Assembly (NCBI RefSeq): GCF_000284115.1 | Contig: NC_017080.1 | Coordinates: 3,750,001-3,782,000 of the forward strand | DNA length: 32,000 bases | Source of the DNA: Phycisphaera mikurensis NBRC 102666 | Lineage (GTDB): Bacteria; Planctomycetota; Phycisphaerae; Phycisphaerales; Phycisphaeraceae | Direction of reading: 5' to 3' | Shown here: positions 24,919 to 32,000 of the stretch, piece after piece | Position numbering within the stretch: the first letter of the stretch is position 1 | How the letters are laid out: each line of letters starts with the position of its first letter | Notes under the pieces: generated by a model | Told to the model about the DNA's origin: nothing | Databases searched by the model: none | Seen by the model: only the letters and a program-made list of their open reading frames with translations | Position numbers and translations under genes: made by a program

Positions 24919-26988
24919 TCAGGCGTCGGAAAGCACCACGACGGCGTGGCAGGAGAACGGCGGGAGCGTGAGGCGGAGGCGGCCACCCTCCCGGCGGACC
25001 TGGGGTGCGTGCTCGGTCAGCGGGAGCGACACCTCCTTCGTGCCGTCGAGCGCGAGATCCAGCTCCACCCCGTGGAGCGTGGGCAGGTCCTCGATCACCT
25101 CGCAGCCGCCGCGGAGCGTGGGCGTGCCGTAGGTCAGGTGCAGCACGTGCCGGCGGTGCTCCGCCTGCCGGTACAGCGTCGCCCGGCCGGAGCTCCCGAA
25201 GCCGTCCAGCCGGATCTTCGCCACGAAGCCCAGCTCGGCGAGCACGGCGGTGAGCAGCTCGCGGTGCTGGCGGGCGCCGTGGCCGCTGTACATCCTCCCA
25301 AGCGGGTGGGCGATGAGGGCGACGCCGCCCTTGCGGGCGACGGCGACGTGCTCGCTGTCCTCCAAGCGGTAAGGCGTCTCTTGGTGGCTGGTGTAGTGGG
25401 CGTAGGTGCGGTCGAAGAAGGGCTCGCGGATCGAGGCGAGCACCTCGGTTCCGCCGCCGTCGACGGGCACGAAGCGGGGCGCGGCCTCGTAGTTGAGGAA
25501 GGGCCCGCGGCCCAGCCCGGCCCGGGCCCGCAGGGCTTCGCCGGCGAGCGTGTAATCGATCTTGAAGCGGGCGGGACCCGCGTACGCGAGCCCGACGTCC
25601 AGCGCGAGCTCGTCCTCGCCGAGCCGCAGCGCGGCGTCGCCGATCAGCACGACCCTCCCGCCGGCCTCGGCGTAGGCGGCCAGCTTCTCGGCGTCGTCGC
25701 GGGTGAGGCAACGCTGCGTCACGACGACGGCGTCCTTGCCGGCGAGGCTCTCCGGCGTCACCCCCTCGAAGTCGCACTGCGTCTCGAGCAGCATCACGCA
25801 GGCGCCCTCGTCCTCCGGGGAGCTGGAGGTGCCGTGGACCGAGAGATCGCTGGGCCGCACGCCGAAGAGGACGCCCAGGTTGGTGTCGGGCTCGGCGCCG
25901 ACGCAGAAGCGTTCGACCCGCCGGACGTGGGCGAAGACCTCGCCGATGTTGCGGTAGGTCTGCTCGTCGAGCTCGCCGCCGGGGTGCAGCTGGTCGCCGA
26001 AGCTGCAACGCGCGTTGAAGGCGAGCATCGTCGACGCCTCGTAGCGGATCGCGTCGGGGTGCTTGTAGCCGCCGAACTCGCCCCAGGCGGTGTGGAACTT
26101 GCCGCTCATGGCCAGCAGCTCCTTCTTGTCGCGGGCGAAGAAGCGGGCCCGCGGCGGGAGCTTGTCGTAGCCGCCCCAGACGGTCGGCAGGTCCTCGAGC
26201 TCGTAGTGCGTCTGATGCCGCAGGATCCGCGGCGGCGTGGTCATGTGCGTGAGGCCGTTGAAGAAGACCGAGCCGGGCTCCTCCGAATCCGCCGGCCGCA
26301 GCTCGTCGAGGATCGCCCGGCAGTCGCCCAGGAAGGCGTCCCACTTGTCGACGCTATACGCCGCCGCCGCGGCGTCGTCCTCGGCGTCGATTCCCGCCTC
26401 TTCCATCCCCGCCCGGCACCGCTCGCACCAGCAGGTCTCCAGGTTGCAGATGTCGTACCAGAGGCCGCGGGTCGGGTGCTTGGTGAGGATCTCGCGGGTC
26501 AGCTCGAGGATGTGCCGGCGGTAGTCGCCGCTGGGGCAGAGGAACTTCCAGAAGAACGCGTGGTACCGCTCGTCGGGGCCGCCGGTGAGCGCCGGCGGGT
26601 GCTCGTCCAGGTCGCGGTTGGTGTGGATCGTGCCGTCCTTGTTCCGGACGCACCAGCCCGGGTGCATCGAGGCCTCGGTCGCCGACCAGCCCACGGTCAC
26701 GTACGCGGTGGTGCGGATGCCGGCCGCCTCGCACGCCCTCACCTGCTCGCCGAAGAGATCCAGGCCGGGCTTCAAGTTCGGGTGCCGCATGCCGACCTCG
26801 CTCGGGAAGTAGCACCACGAGTGGTGGCCCTTGGCGAAGAGGTTGATCGCGTCGACGTGGCCGAGCTTGAGGGTGGAGACGAAGGCCTCGGCGTCGAAGC
26901 GGTCGCCGATGTTCCCGAGGGCGTCGGAGGTGTGGAAGTCGAGGTGGACCTGGCGGAAGTTCGCGGATCCGAAGCGGGGTCTTGGCAT
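24919..26988 (-). CDS. Putative glycoside hydrolase, GHL6/GH42-like (beta/alpha)8 domain plus beta-galactosidase-trimerisation-like domain
   Basis: Only the 3' two-thirds of ORF 24919..27996 is real; ATG at 26988 gives MPRPRFGSANFRQVHLDFHTS, and ATG at 27060 is an alternative. Motifs are FRQVHLDFHTS, LFAKGHHSWCYFPS and the Cys cluster YDICNLETCWCERC, which has the C...CxCxxC pattern of the GH42 zinc site. The central VVLIGDAAL region resembles the GH42 trimerisation/glutamine-amidotransferase-like fold. Confidence 0.6.
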   Translation of the reverse strand: MPRPRFGSANFRQVHLDFHTSDALGNIGDRFDAEAFVSTLKLGHVDAINLFAKGHHSWCYFPSEVGMRHPNLKPGLDLFGEQVRACEAAGIRTTAYVTVGWSATEASMHPGWCVRNKDGTIHTNRDLDEHPPALTGGPDERYHAFFWKFLCPSGDYRRHILELTREILTKHPTRGLWYDICNLETCWCERCRAGMEEAGIDAEDDAAAAAYSVDKWDAFLGDCRAILDELRPADSEEPGSVFFNGLTHMTTPPRILRHQTHYELEDLPTVWGGYDKLPPRARFFARDKKELLAMSGKFHTAWGEFGGYKHPDAIRYEASTMLAFNARCSFGDQLHPGGELDEQTYRNIGEVFAHVRRVERFCVGAEPDTNLGVLFGVRPSDLSVHGTSSSPEDEGACVMLLETQCDFEGVTPESLAGKDAVVVTQRCLTRDDAEKLAAYAEAGGRVVLIGDAALRLGEDELALDVGLAYAGPARFKIDYTLAGEALRARAGLGRGPFLNYEAAPRFVPVDGGGTEVLASIREPFFDRTYAHYTSHQETPYRLEDSEHVAVARKGGVALIAHPLGRMYSGHGARQHRELLTAVLAELGFVAKIRLDGFGSSGRATLYRQAEHRRHVLHLTYGTPTLRGGCEVIEDLPTLHGVELDLALDGTKEVSLPLTEHAPQVRREGGRLRLTLPPFSCHAVVVLSDA

Positions 26989-27192
26989 GGCGGCGGCGCG
27001 GGGGCGATGGGCGAGCGAGAGGGGCGGCACGAAGCTAACGCGGCGGGCCCAATTCGTCATCGATAAACCGTGCCGGTCGACCGACCGCCCGCCGGCCCGG
27101 CGGGTCGTGTAGATTGTCGACAAGTCTCCTCCGGCGGCCGGGCACGTGCCCGCACCTCCCGCCGGCTGTCTCCTCCTCCTTTTCGGAGCCCC

Positions 27193-28113
27193 ATGATGCG
27201 GATCCCCGACCGGATGCTGCTCTTGACCGCCGCCGCCACGCTGCTCCTGGGCGCCGCGCACGCCCCGCCGGCCGCGGCTCAAGACTGGCGCGACATCGAC
27301 GTCCCCCGCGACCCGCTGCCCGGCCACGACTGGGTGCTCGACTGGTCCGTCTCGGACAGCTTCAACTACAGCGACAAGAGCGACTGGCGCTTCACGCGGC
27401 GCTGGCGAGAGGGCAAGCCCGATGGCTGGCTCGGCCCCGGCGCGACCTTCTTCAAGGCGGGCAACAGCTTCCTGGTCGGCGGCAAGCTGACGATCTTCGG
27501 CTCGCGGGTGCCCGAGGCCCGGCGTGGCGCCCCGCGCAACGACCACGGCTTCTTCACCGACCGCAACACGCACACCGCTTACATCACCAGCAAGAAGCAG
27601 CTGCGCCCGCCGCTGTACACCGAGGTGCGGATGAAGGCGTCGAGCACGCCGCTCTCGAGCAACTTCTGGCTGCTCTCCGACGACAACGAGACCGAGATCG
27701 ACGTCGTCGAGATCTACGGCGACACGGACTGGTTCCGCCGCCACCCGGCGCACAACGCCCACTTCTTCAAGCGCGGCGGCAACGGCGACATCAACCGCCA
27801 GGGCCACCACACCACCGACCGCCGCTGGGACAACCAGTACCACCGGTACGGCGTCTTCTGGCAGAACGACCGCTACTGCGAGATCTTCTACGACGGCGAC
27901 CTCGTGCGTCAGATGTGGCTGCCCGGGCAGATCCCCGACCCCACCGGCCAGTACCTCAACCGGTCGATGCGTCTGATCTTCGACCTCGAGGCCCACACCT
28001 GGCGCAAGCAGGCCGGCGTGCCCAGCGACGCCGACCTCGCCGACTGGGGCCGCAACAACATGCAGGTGGATTGGGTCCGGACCTACCGCAGCGTCGGCCG
28101 CCGCGGGCGCTGA
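27193..28113 (+). CDS. Secreted glycoside hydrolase family 16 (marine-galactanase-like: agarase/porphyranase/carrageenase type)
   Basis: ATG at 27193 within ORF 27070..28113. The signal peptide is MMRIPDRMLLLTAAATLLLGAAHAPPAAAQ. The GH16 catalytic motif ExDxxE appears in SNFWLLSDDNETEIDVVEIYG. The context around the motif resembles algal-galactan-active GH16 members as I remember them. The subfamily assignment is tentative. Confidence 0.8.
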   Translation: MMRIPDRMLLLTAAATLLLGAAHAPPAAAQDWRDIDVPRDPLPGHDWVLDWSVSDSFNYSDKSDWRFTRRWREGKPDGWLGPGATFFKAGNSFLVGGKLTIFGSRVPEARRGAPRNDHGFFTDRNTHTAYITSKKQLRPPLYTEVRMKASSTPLSSNFWLLSDDNETEIDVVEIYGDTDWFRRHPAHNAHFFKRGGNGDINRQGHHTTDRRWDNQYHRYGVFWQNDRYCEIFYDGDLVRQMWLPGQIPDPTGQYLNRSMRLIFDLEAHTWRKQAGVPSDADLADWGRNNMQVDWVRTYRSVGRRGR

Positions 28114-28124
28114 AGCGGCGACCG

Positions 28125-28143
28125 ACCGGCCCCGCAGGCCGGT
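28125..28143. terminator. Small hairpin between convergent GH16 and AraC genes
   Basis: ACCGGCC-ccgca-GGCCGGT forms a 7-bp stem with a 5-nt loop. Confidence 0.3.
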
Positions 28144-28197
28144 GCCCTCGTCGGGCGGATCGTGGCAGCCCGCGGCGCGGTGGTCCGGCGCGACGCG

Positions 28198-29061
28198 CTA
28201 GTGCCGGGCGATCCGCTCCACGCGGCGCCGCCAGGCGTGCGGCGTCTCGCCGCCGTGCAGCCGCTTGAACACGCGGTGGAAGTGGGCGAGGCTCGGGAAG
28301 CCCGAGCGGAGCGCGACCTCCGCGAGGCCGTCGGCGGTCTGCAGCAGCCGGGTCTCCGCCGCCTGCACCCGCAGGCGGTGGCGGTACTCGGTGACGCTCT
28401 GCCCCATGGCGGCGGCGAAGCGGCGGGCGGCGGCGGACTCGGAGAGGTGGGCGGCGGCGGCGAGCTCGCCGAGGCTCACCCCGTCGCGGAAGCGGTCCTG
28501 GAGCAGGCGCGTCATGACCTCAACCGCGGGATCGGCGGCGCGGGCCGCGGACGCGGGGCCCAGCGGCGTGGACGCCGCCGCGGCCAGCGCCGCGAGGGCC
28601 GCGAGCAGGAGGCCCGGCACCCGCTCGGGCTCCGCGGCGTCGACGAGGCGGTCGATGGCCGCCTCGGCCGTCCCCGGCGCGAAGGCCAGCCCCCCCGCCG
28701 CCGCGGAGAGCAGCCCCACGATCCCGGCGCACTCGGGGAAGGCCGCCGCGGCTCCGCAGACCCGCGCCGCGTCGAACTGCGCCACGCTGGCGCGGCACGG
28801 CGGCCCGCCTGCCGGCGCCGGGGGATCGTGACCCTCGGAGAACCAAGCGTGCGGCAGGTCGGGGCCGAGCAGCACGACGTCGCCGGTGCTGAAACGCGAG
28901 ACCGCGGACCCCAGCAACGCCCGGCCCGTGCCCGCATCGATGCGGGTCAGCTCCACCTCGGGGTGGTGGTGCCAGGGCACGTCGAAGGCGTCGAAGCCGA
29001 AGCGCTTCACCAGGACCGACCGGCCGCTGCCCGCCTCGATGCGTTCGCGTTCGGGCTTCAT
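28198..29061 (-). CDS. AraC-family transcriptional regulator (N-terminal cupin sensor, C-terminal HTH)
   Basis: 287-aa ORF. The cupin-like N-terminus is FDVPWHHHPEVELTRI...GDVVLLGPDLPHAW. The C-terminal AraC HTH is LGELAAAAHLSESAAARRFAAAMGQSVTEYRHRLRVQAAETRLLQT...EVALRSGFPSLAHFHRVFKRLHGETP. Confidence 0.88.
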   Translation of the reverse strand: MKPERERIEAGSGRSVLVKRFGFDAFDVPWHHHPEVELTRIDAGTGRALLGSAVSRFSTGDVVLLGPDLPHAWFSEGHDPPAPAGGPPCRASVAQFDAARVCGAAAAFPECAGIVGLLSAAAGGLAFAPGTAEAAIDRLVDAAEPERVPGLLLAALAALAAAASTPLGPASAARAADPAVEVMTRLLQDRFRDGVSLGELAAAAHLSESAAARRFAAAMGQSVTEYRHRLRVQAAETRLLQTADGLAEVALRSGFPSLAHFHRVFKRLHGGETPHAWRRRVERIARH

Positions 29062-29225
29062 GGCGGATCAACCTGCCCCATCCCCCAGATCGGATCGAAA
29101 ACGCCGGAAACGTACACGATTTCGCGGGATCCGGCGACGCGGCGTTGCGCTCGGCGCCCGATGATCTTCCCGCTGGCGAGCCGACCGCGGCCGCCGCGAC
29201 CCCCGTTCCCCTCGAAAGCCATCCG

Positions 29226-30095
29226 ATGACCACCTCCACCCCCCAAGCCCCGCCCGCCCCCGCCGTGCCCGCCGCGATCCGGCAGGAGCTGCAGACTCCG
29301 ATGGAGCCCACGCCCGAGCAGGTCCGACGCTTCCGGACCGACGGCTACCTCAAGTGGAAAGACTTCTTCTCGCCGGAGCTGCTCGCCTTCTTCGACCCGA
29401 TCGTGACGGCCTGCCTGCACGACCGCAACCCGCTCAAGGACGTGCCGATGGAGCAGCGGTCGGCCTACGACCGGGCGTTCATCCAGGTGCCGAACCTGTG
29501 GACCTTCAACGACACGGTGCGGGAGCTCTCCACGAGCGTTCGCGCCGCCTCCGCCGCGTCGCGGCTGCTGGGCACGACCGGCGTCCGCATGTACCACGAC
29601 CAGGCCCTCTACAAGGAGGCCGGCGGCGGCTTTACGCCTTGGCACGTCGACCAGCACTACTGGCCGATCGGCACGGAGAAGACGGTGACGATCTGGTTCC
29701 CCTTCACCGAGGTGCCGGTGGAGAAAGGCCCGCTGATGTTCGGCAAGGAGAGCCACCACAAGCACATCGCCCGCGAGGTCGCCATCTCCGAGGACAGCGA
29801 GAAGATCATCGGCGAGGCGATCAAGAGCCACCGGGTGGTCGAGGAGATGAGCGGCTACGGCCTGGGCGAGGTGAGCTTCCACTACGGCTGGACGCTGCAC
29901 CGGGCGGCGCCCAACACCACCGACGACAGCCGGAGGGTGCTGACGGTCATCTACGTGGCGGAGGACGCGGAGGTGATCGAGCCGAAGTACGACGCCCACC
30001 GCTCCGACCTGCGGGAGTGGATGCCCGGCCTCAAGCCCGGGGACGCGGTGGACAGCCCCTTGAACCCGGTGCTGTTCCGCGAGGCTTCGGCCTGA
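29226..30095 (+). CDS. Phytanoyl-CoA dioxygenase (PhyH)-family Fe(II)/2-oxoglutarate oxygenase
   Basis: ATG at 29226 within ORF 29145..30095. Motifs are FRTDGYLKWKDFF, the HxD iron motif in TPWHVDQHYW, the distal His in FHYGWTLHRAAPN and the Arg in SRRVLTVIYV. Confidence 0.8.
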   Translation: MTTSTPQAPPAPAVPAAIRQELQTPMEPTPEQVRRFRTDGYLKWKDFFSPELLAFFDPIVTACLHDRNPLKDVPMEQRSAYDRAFIQVPNLWTFNDTVRELSTSVRAASAASRLLGTTGVRMYHDQALYKEAGGGFTPWHVDQHYWPIGTEKTVTIWFPFTEVPVEKGPLMFGKESHHKHIAREVAISEDSEKIIGEAIKSHRVVEEMSGYGLGEVSFHYGWTLHRAAPNTTDDSRRVLTVIYVAEDAEVIEPKYDAHRSDLREWMPGLKPGDAVDSPLNPVLFREASA

Positions 30096-30127
30096 GAGCG
30101 GGGGGGGAAGCGGGACGTCCCCGACAA

Positions 30128-30179
30128 AAGCCGCGGACCGCGGCTTAGATCCGCGGCGAACCCACGCGGTCCGCGGCTT
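30128..30179. repeat. REP-like inverted-repeat hairpin, locus D (15-bp stem, 22-nt loop); probable terminator of the TVP38/DedA gene
   Basis: AAGCCGCGGACCGCG (30128-30142) pairs with CGCGGTCCGCGGCTT (30165-30179). On the minus strand the hairpin is followed by a U-run (GGCUUUUGUCGG). The TAA stop of the minus-strand gene (30145-30147) lies in the loop. Confidence 0.75.
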
Positions 30180-30720
30180 CTTCGGGCACCAGCCGCTGGA
30201 GCGCCCCGCGGGTCGCCCAGCCCAGGCCCAGGACGCTCAGCGCCGTCGCCGCCACGCCCGCGGCCACGAGCCAGGGCGCCTCCGGCGACGCCCACGCCAG
30301 CCGCTCGAGCCCCGCGCCGAGCACGACCACCGCCGCCACCCGCGGTGCCAGGCCAACGAGGGTGCCAAGCAGCAGCGGCCCACGCCTGACGCCGAACACG
30401 GCGGCCAGCGTGTTGGTGACCGCGAAGGGGACCACCGGGGACAGCCGCAGCAGGCCCACCAGGAGGGCCGCCCGGCCCGCCGGCGCCGCCGCGATCGCCG
30501 CGCAGACGGCCGCGCCCCGCCGGTGACGCTCGACCCAGGCCAGCGGGGCCGGCCCCGCGAGCTTCCGGCCCGCCGCGTGCCCGACCAGCGCCGCAACGGT
30601 GGTCCCGCCGACCGCGACCGCGGCGCCCGCGGGCACGCCCAGCGACCAGCCGCACACCAGCGAGAGCAGGTGCGTCGGGACCAGCGCGAGCCCGCAGGCG
30701 GCCGCGCCCAGCAGCAGCAA
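30145..30720 (-). CDS. TVP38/TMEM64 (DedA/SNARE-associated, VTT-domain) membrane protein; true start probably upstream of 30720
   Basis: The VTT-like core is LVPTHLLSLVCGWSLGVPAG...LLRLSPVVPFAVTNTLAAVFGV. The track starts at a TTG (30720), but the same frame stays open up to TAG at 31003-31005. That stretch encodes a plausible first TM helix (ARPALLVAWAAAGPAAGGALAFLALL) and contains no ATG/GTG/TTG. Confidence 0.7.
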   Translation of the reverse strand: MLLLGAAACGLALVPTHLLSLVCGWSLGVPAGAAVAVGGTTVAALVGHAAGRKLAGPAPLAWVERHRRGAAVCAAIAAAPAGRAALLVGLLRLSPVVPFAVTNTLAAVFGVRRGPLLLGTLVGLAPRVAAVVVLGAGLERLAWASPEAPWLVAAGVAATALSVLGLGWATRGALQRLVPEEAADRVGSPRI

Positions 30721-31090
30721 CGCCGCGGCGAGGCCCGCGCCGCCCGCCCGCAGCGCCTCGGCGTGCGGCAGCAGCGCGAGGAAGGCCAGCGCCCCGCCGG
30801 CCGCGGGGCCCGCCGCCGCCCAGGCGACGAGCAGCGCCGGACGCGCCAGCGTCCGGGCGGCGGGGGGCCGGCTTCGCCGCGCTCCGGTGCTCAGGATGCC
30901 CCCACGCCCCGGAGCGCTGCCACCCGCCCGCGGAGCAAGCCGGCGCCGACCTCCCGGGACCGCCGGTCCGCGGGCCCGGAGCGTGTGGCGGCTCCGGGGG
31001 CGCTAGCGAAAGCGGAGGCGGGGAGGCGCACCCGGCGAGCTTATTGCGGCTCCTCCGCCGCCGGACCCCACCGCCCGCGTCGCGCAGCAC

Positions 31091-31120
31091 GACGCCCGCG
31101 GCTGCGAAGCCGCGGGCGTC
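31091..31120 (-). terminator. Perfect 13-bp stem / GCGA tetraloop hairpin downstream of the PEP-CTERM gene
   Basis: GACGCCCGCGGCT-GCGA-AGCCGCGGGCGTC lies 24 nt after the stop at 31144-31146. There is no U-tract. Confidence 0.5.
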
Positions 31121-31143
31121 GAGGAGGGTGCGGGTCCGCGGGC

Positions 31144-31923
31144 TCAGGCCGCGGCGTGGCGGCGGCGACGCAGCACGCCGCCGGCGAGCAGGGCCAGGCC
31201 GCCCAGGGCCGCCGAGGGCGTCGGCACCGCGTTGGCCGTCACCTGGGCGATCACCGCCGAGCCGCCCAGCGAGATCCGCACCTCGTCGAAGCTGGCCACG
31301 CCCAGCTGCGCCGCGGTGATCGGGGCGATCTGGTTGGCCGAGCGGTCGCCGAAGGCGATCGTGGCGTCGAACACGCCCGAGCCGTCGTCGGTGACGAAGC
31401 TGGCGAAGTCGAAGGAGCCCACGTCCACGCCGTCGCTGAGGAAGTCGATGAAGAAGCCGGTGTTGGTCTCGAACTCCTCGGGGCCCTCCACGTCGACGAT
31501 CGTGAACCCGAAGCTGTCCAGGGGGGTGGCGAACTCCAGGTTGATCGTGCCGGCGGGACGACGCTTCTCCAGCGGGGTCTCGATCGGCGTGGGCAGCACG
31601 CCGAAGCCGGTGAGCACGCCCTCGGGGCCGCGGAGGGCCAGGCCCTGGCCGAGGTCGCGGCCGGTGGCGTTGCCCGAGGTGAAGGGGGCCTGCTGGCCGG
31701 CGAAGTCGAACTGCGGGTAGCCGTTGAAGTCCCAGGCGAAGACCTCTTCGGGCGAGTCGGCGTAGGGGCTGGAGGCCGAGACGCTCAGGCCGTCGATCTG
31801 GTCGGTGACGGTGGCGCCGGTGGCGATGCCGTTGAAGTCGATGACCGTGGCGGCGGAGGCCCCGGCGGAGATCGCGGCGGTGGCGGCGGCGGCGGTGAGG
31901 AGCTTGGCGGTGGGAGCGTTCAT
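31144..31923 (-). CDS. Secreted protein with variant (PTP-type) PEP-CTERM sorting tail
   Basis: 259-aa ORF. The signal peptide is MNAPTAKLLTAAAATAAISAGASAA. The body is Asp/Gly/Phe-rich and beta-like. The C-terminus is [28 protein letters not shown]. Confidence 0.8.
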   Translation of the reverse strand: MNAPTAKLLTAAAATAAISAGASAATVIDFNGIATGATVTDQIDGLSVSASSPYADSPEEVFAWDFNGYPQFDFAGQQAPFTSGNATGRDLGQGLALRGPEGVLTGFGVLPTPIETPLEKRRPAGTINLEFATPLDSFGFTIVDVEGPEEFETNTGFFIDFLSDGVDVGSFDFASFVTDDGSGVFDATIAFGDRSANQIAPITAAQLGVASFDEVRISLGGSAVIAQVTANAVPTPSAALGGLALLAGGVLRRRRHAAA

Positions 31924-32000
31924 GGGGAGAAGCCTCGGGCTTGGGGGCGGCGACGGGGACGCGACGCCGCGTTCCTCGTGGGGAAGAGCCTGAGGCGTCC

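Noticed and set aside
3701-30107. G8-G9 homopolymer runs at 3701-3709, 14456-14464, 23171-23179 and 30100-30107. All are G on the plus strand and all are intergenic, which raised the idea of slipped-strand phase variation.
   Set aside because: My rough composition-based expectation is already about two runs of G9 or longer per strand in 32 kb. Their positions relative to genes are inconsistent (convergent, divergent and 5' regions). Only read-level length heterogeneity could revive the idea.
1-32000. A scan for CRISPR arrays, tRNA/rRNA genes, integrases, toxin-antitoxin pairs, restriction-modification or other recognisable defence genes, and secondary-metabolite genes.
   Set aside because: I found none by eye. 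The only regularly recurring repeats are the REP-like hairpins and the IS inverted repeats. The only RNA gene recognised is the tmRNA.

Overview
Very GC-rich bacterial chromosomal segment (at least ~70% by eye, not computed). PEP-CTERM sorting tails, many glycoside hydrolases, almost no Shine-Dalgarno motifs, a PPi-type phosphofructokinase and a long tmRNA tag suggest a marine planctomycete or Phycisphaerae-like heterotroph; this is inference only. I call 24 protein genes. They include two CAZyme groups: DUF5060-GH5 plus GH2, and GH42/GHL6-like plus GH16 plus AraC plus a PhyH-type dioxygenase. The rest are ypdA, an APC permease, sucB, a CHASE-GGDEF sensor, selO, a HEAT/TPR protein, a stand-alone PilZ, a GT2 plus GT-C glycosyltransferase pair, pfp, a rhomboid protease, a zinc-ribbon membrane protein, a hexose-6-P epimerase, LOG, a TVP38/DedA protein and two PEP-CTERM proteins. 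I also call one tmRNA (ssrA), one intact IS5-family insertion sequence with terminal inverted repeats, two apparent gene remnants and several GC-rich hairpins. Many very long ORFs in the six-frame track are GC-driven shadow ORFs, and several listed ORFs are real only in their 3' part. I see no CRISPR, prophage, recognisable defence system, toxin-antitoxin pair or biosynthetic cluster, and no convincing wholly new multi-gene system. The best leads are: (1) a recurrent REP-like palindromic element (core CCGCGGACCGCGG) forming near-identical hairpins at five gene ends; (2) a zinc-ribbon single-pass membrane protein next to a rhomboid-TPR protease, a possible substrate-protease pair; (3) a GH16/GH42-like/AraC locus with an adjacent Fe/2OG dioxygenase; (4) a PilZ receptor next to a GT2/GT-C pair, with a CHASE-GGDEF cyclase nearby; (5) decay scars, namely an orphan PEP-CTERM tail and a carbonic-anhydrase-like C-terminal fragment. 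All functional calls rest on motif recognition by eye, with no database search.
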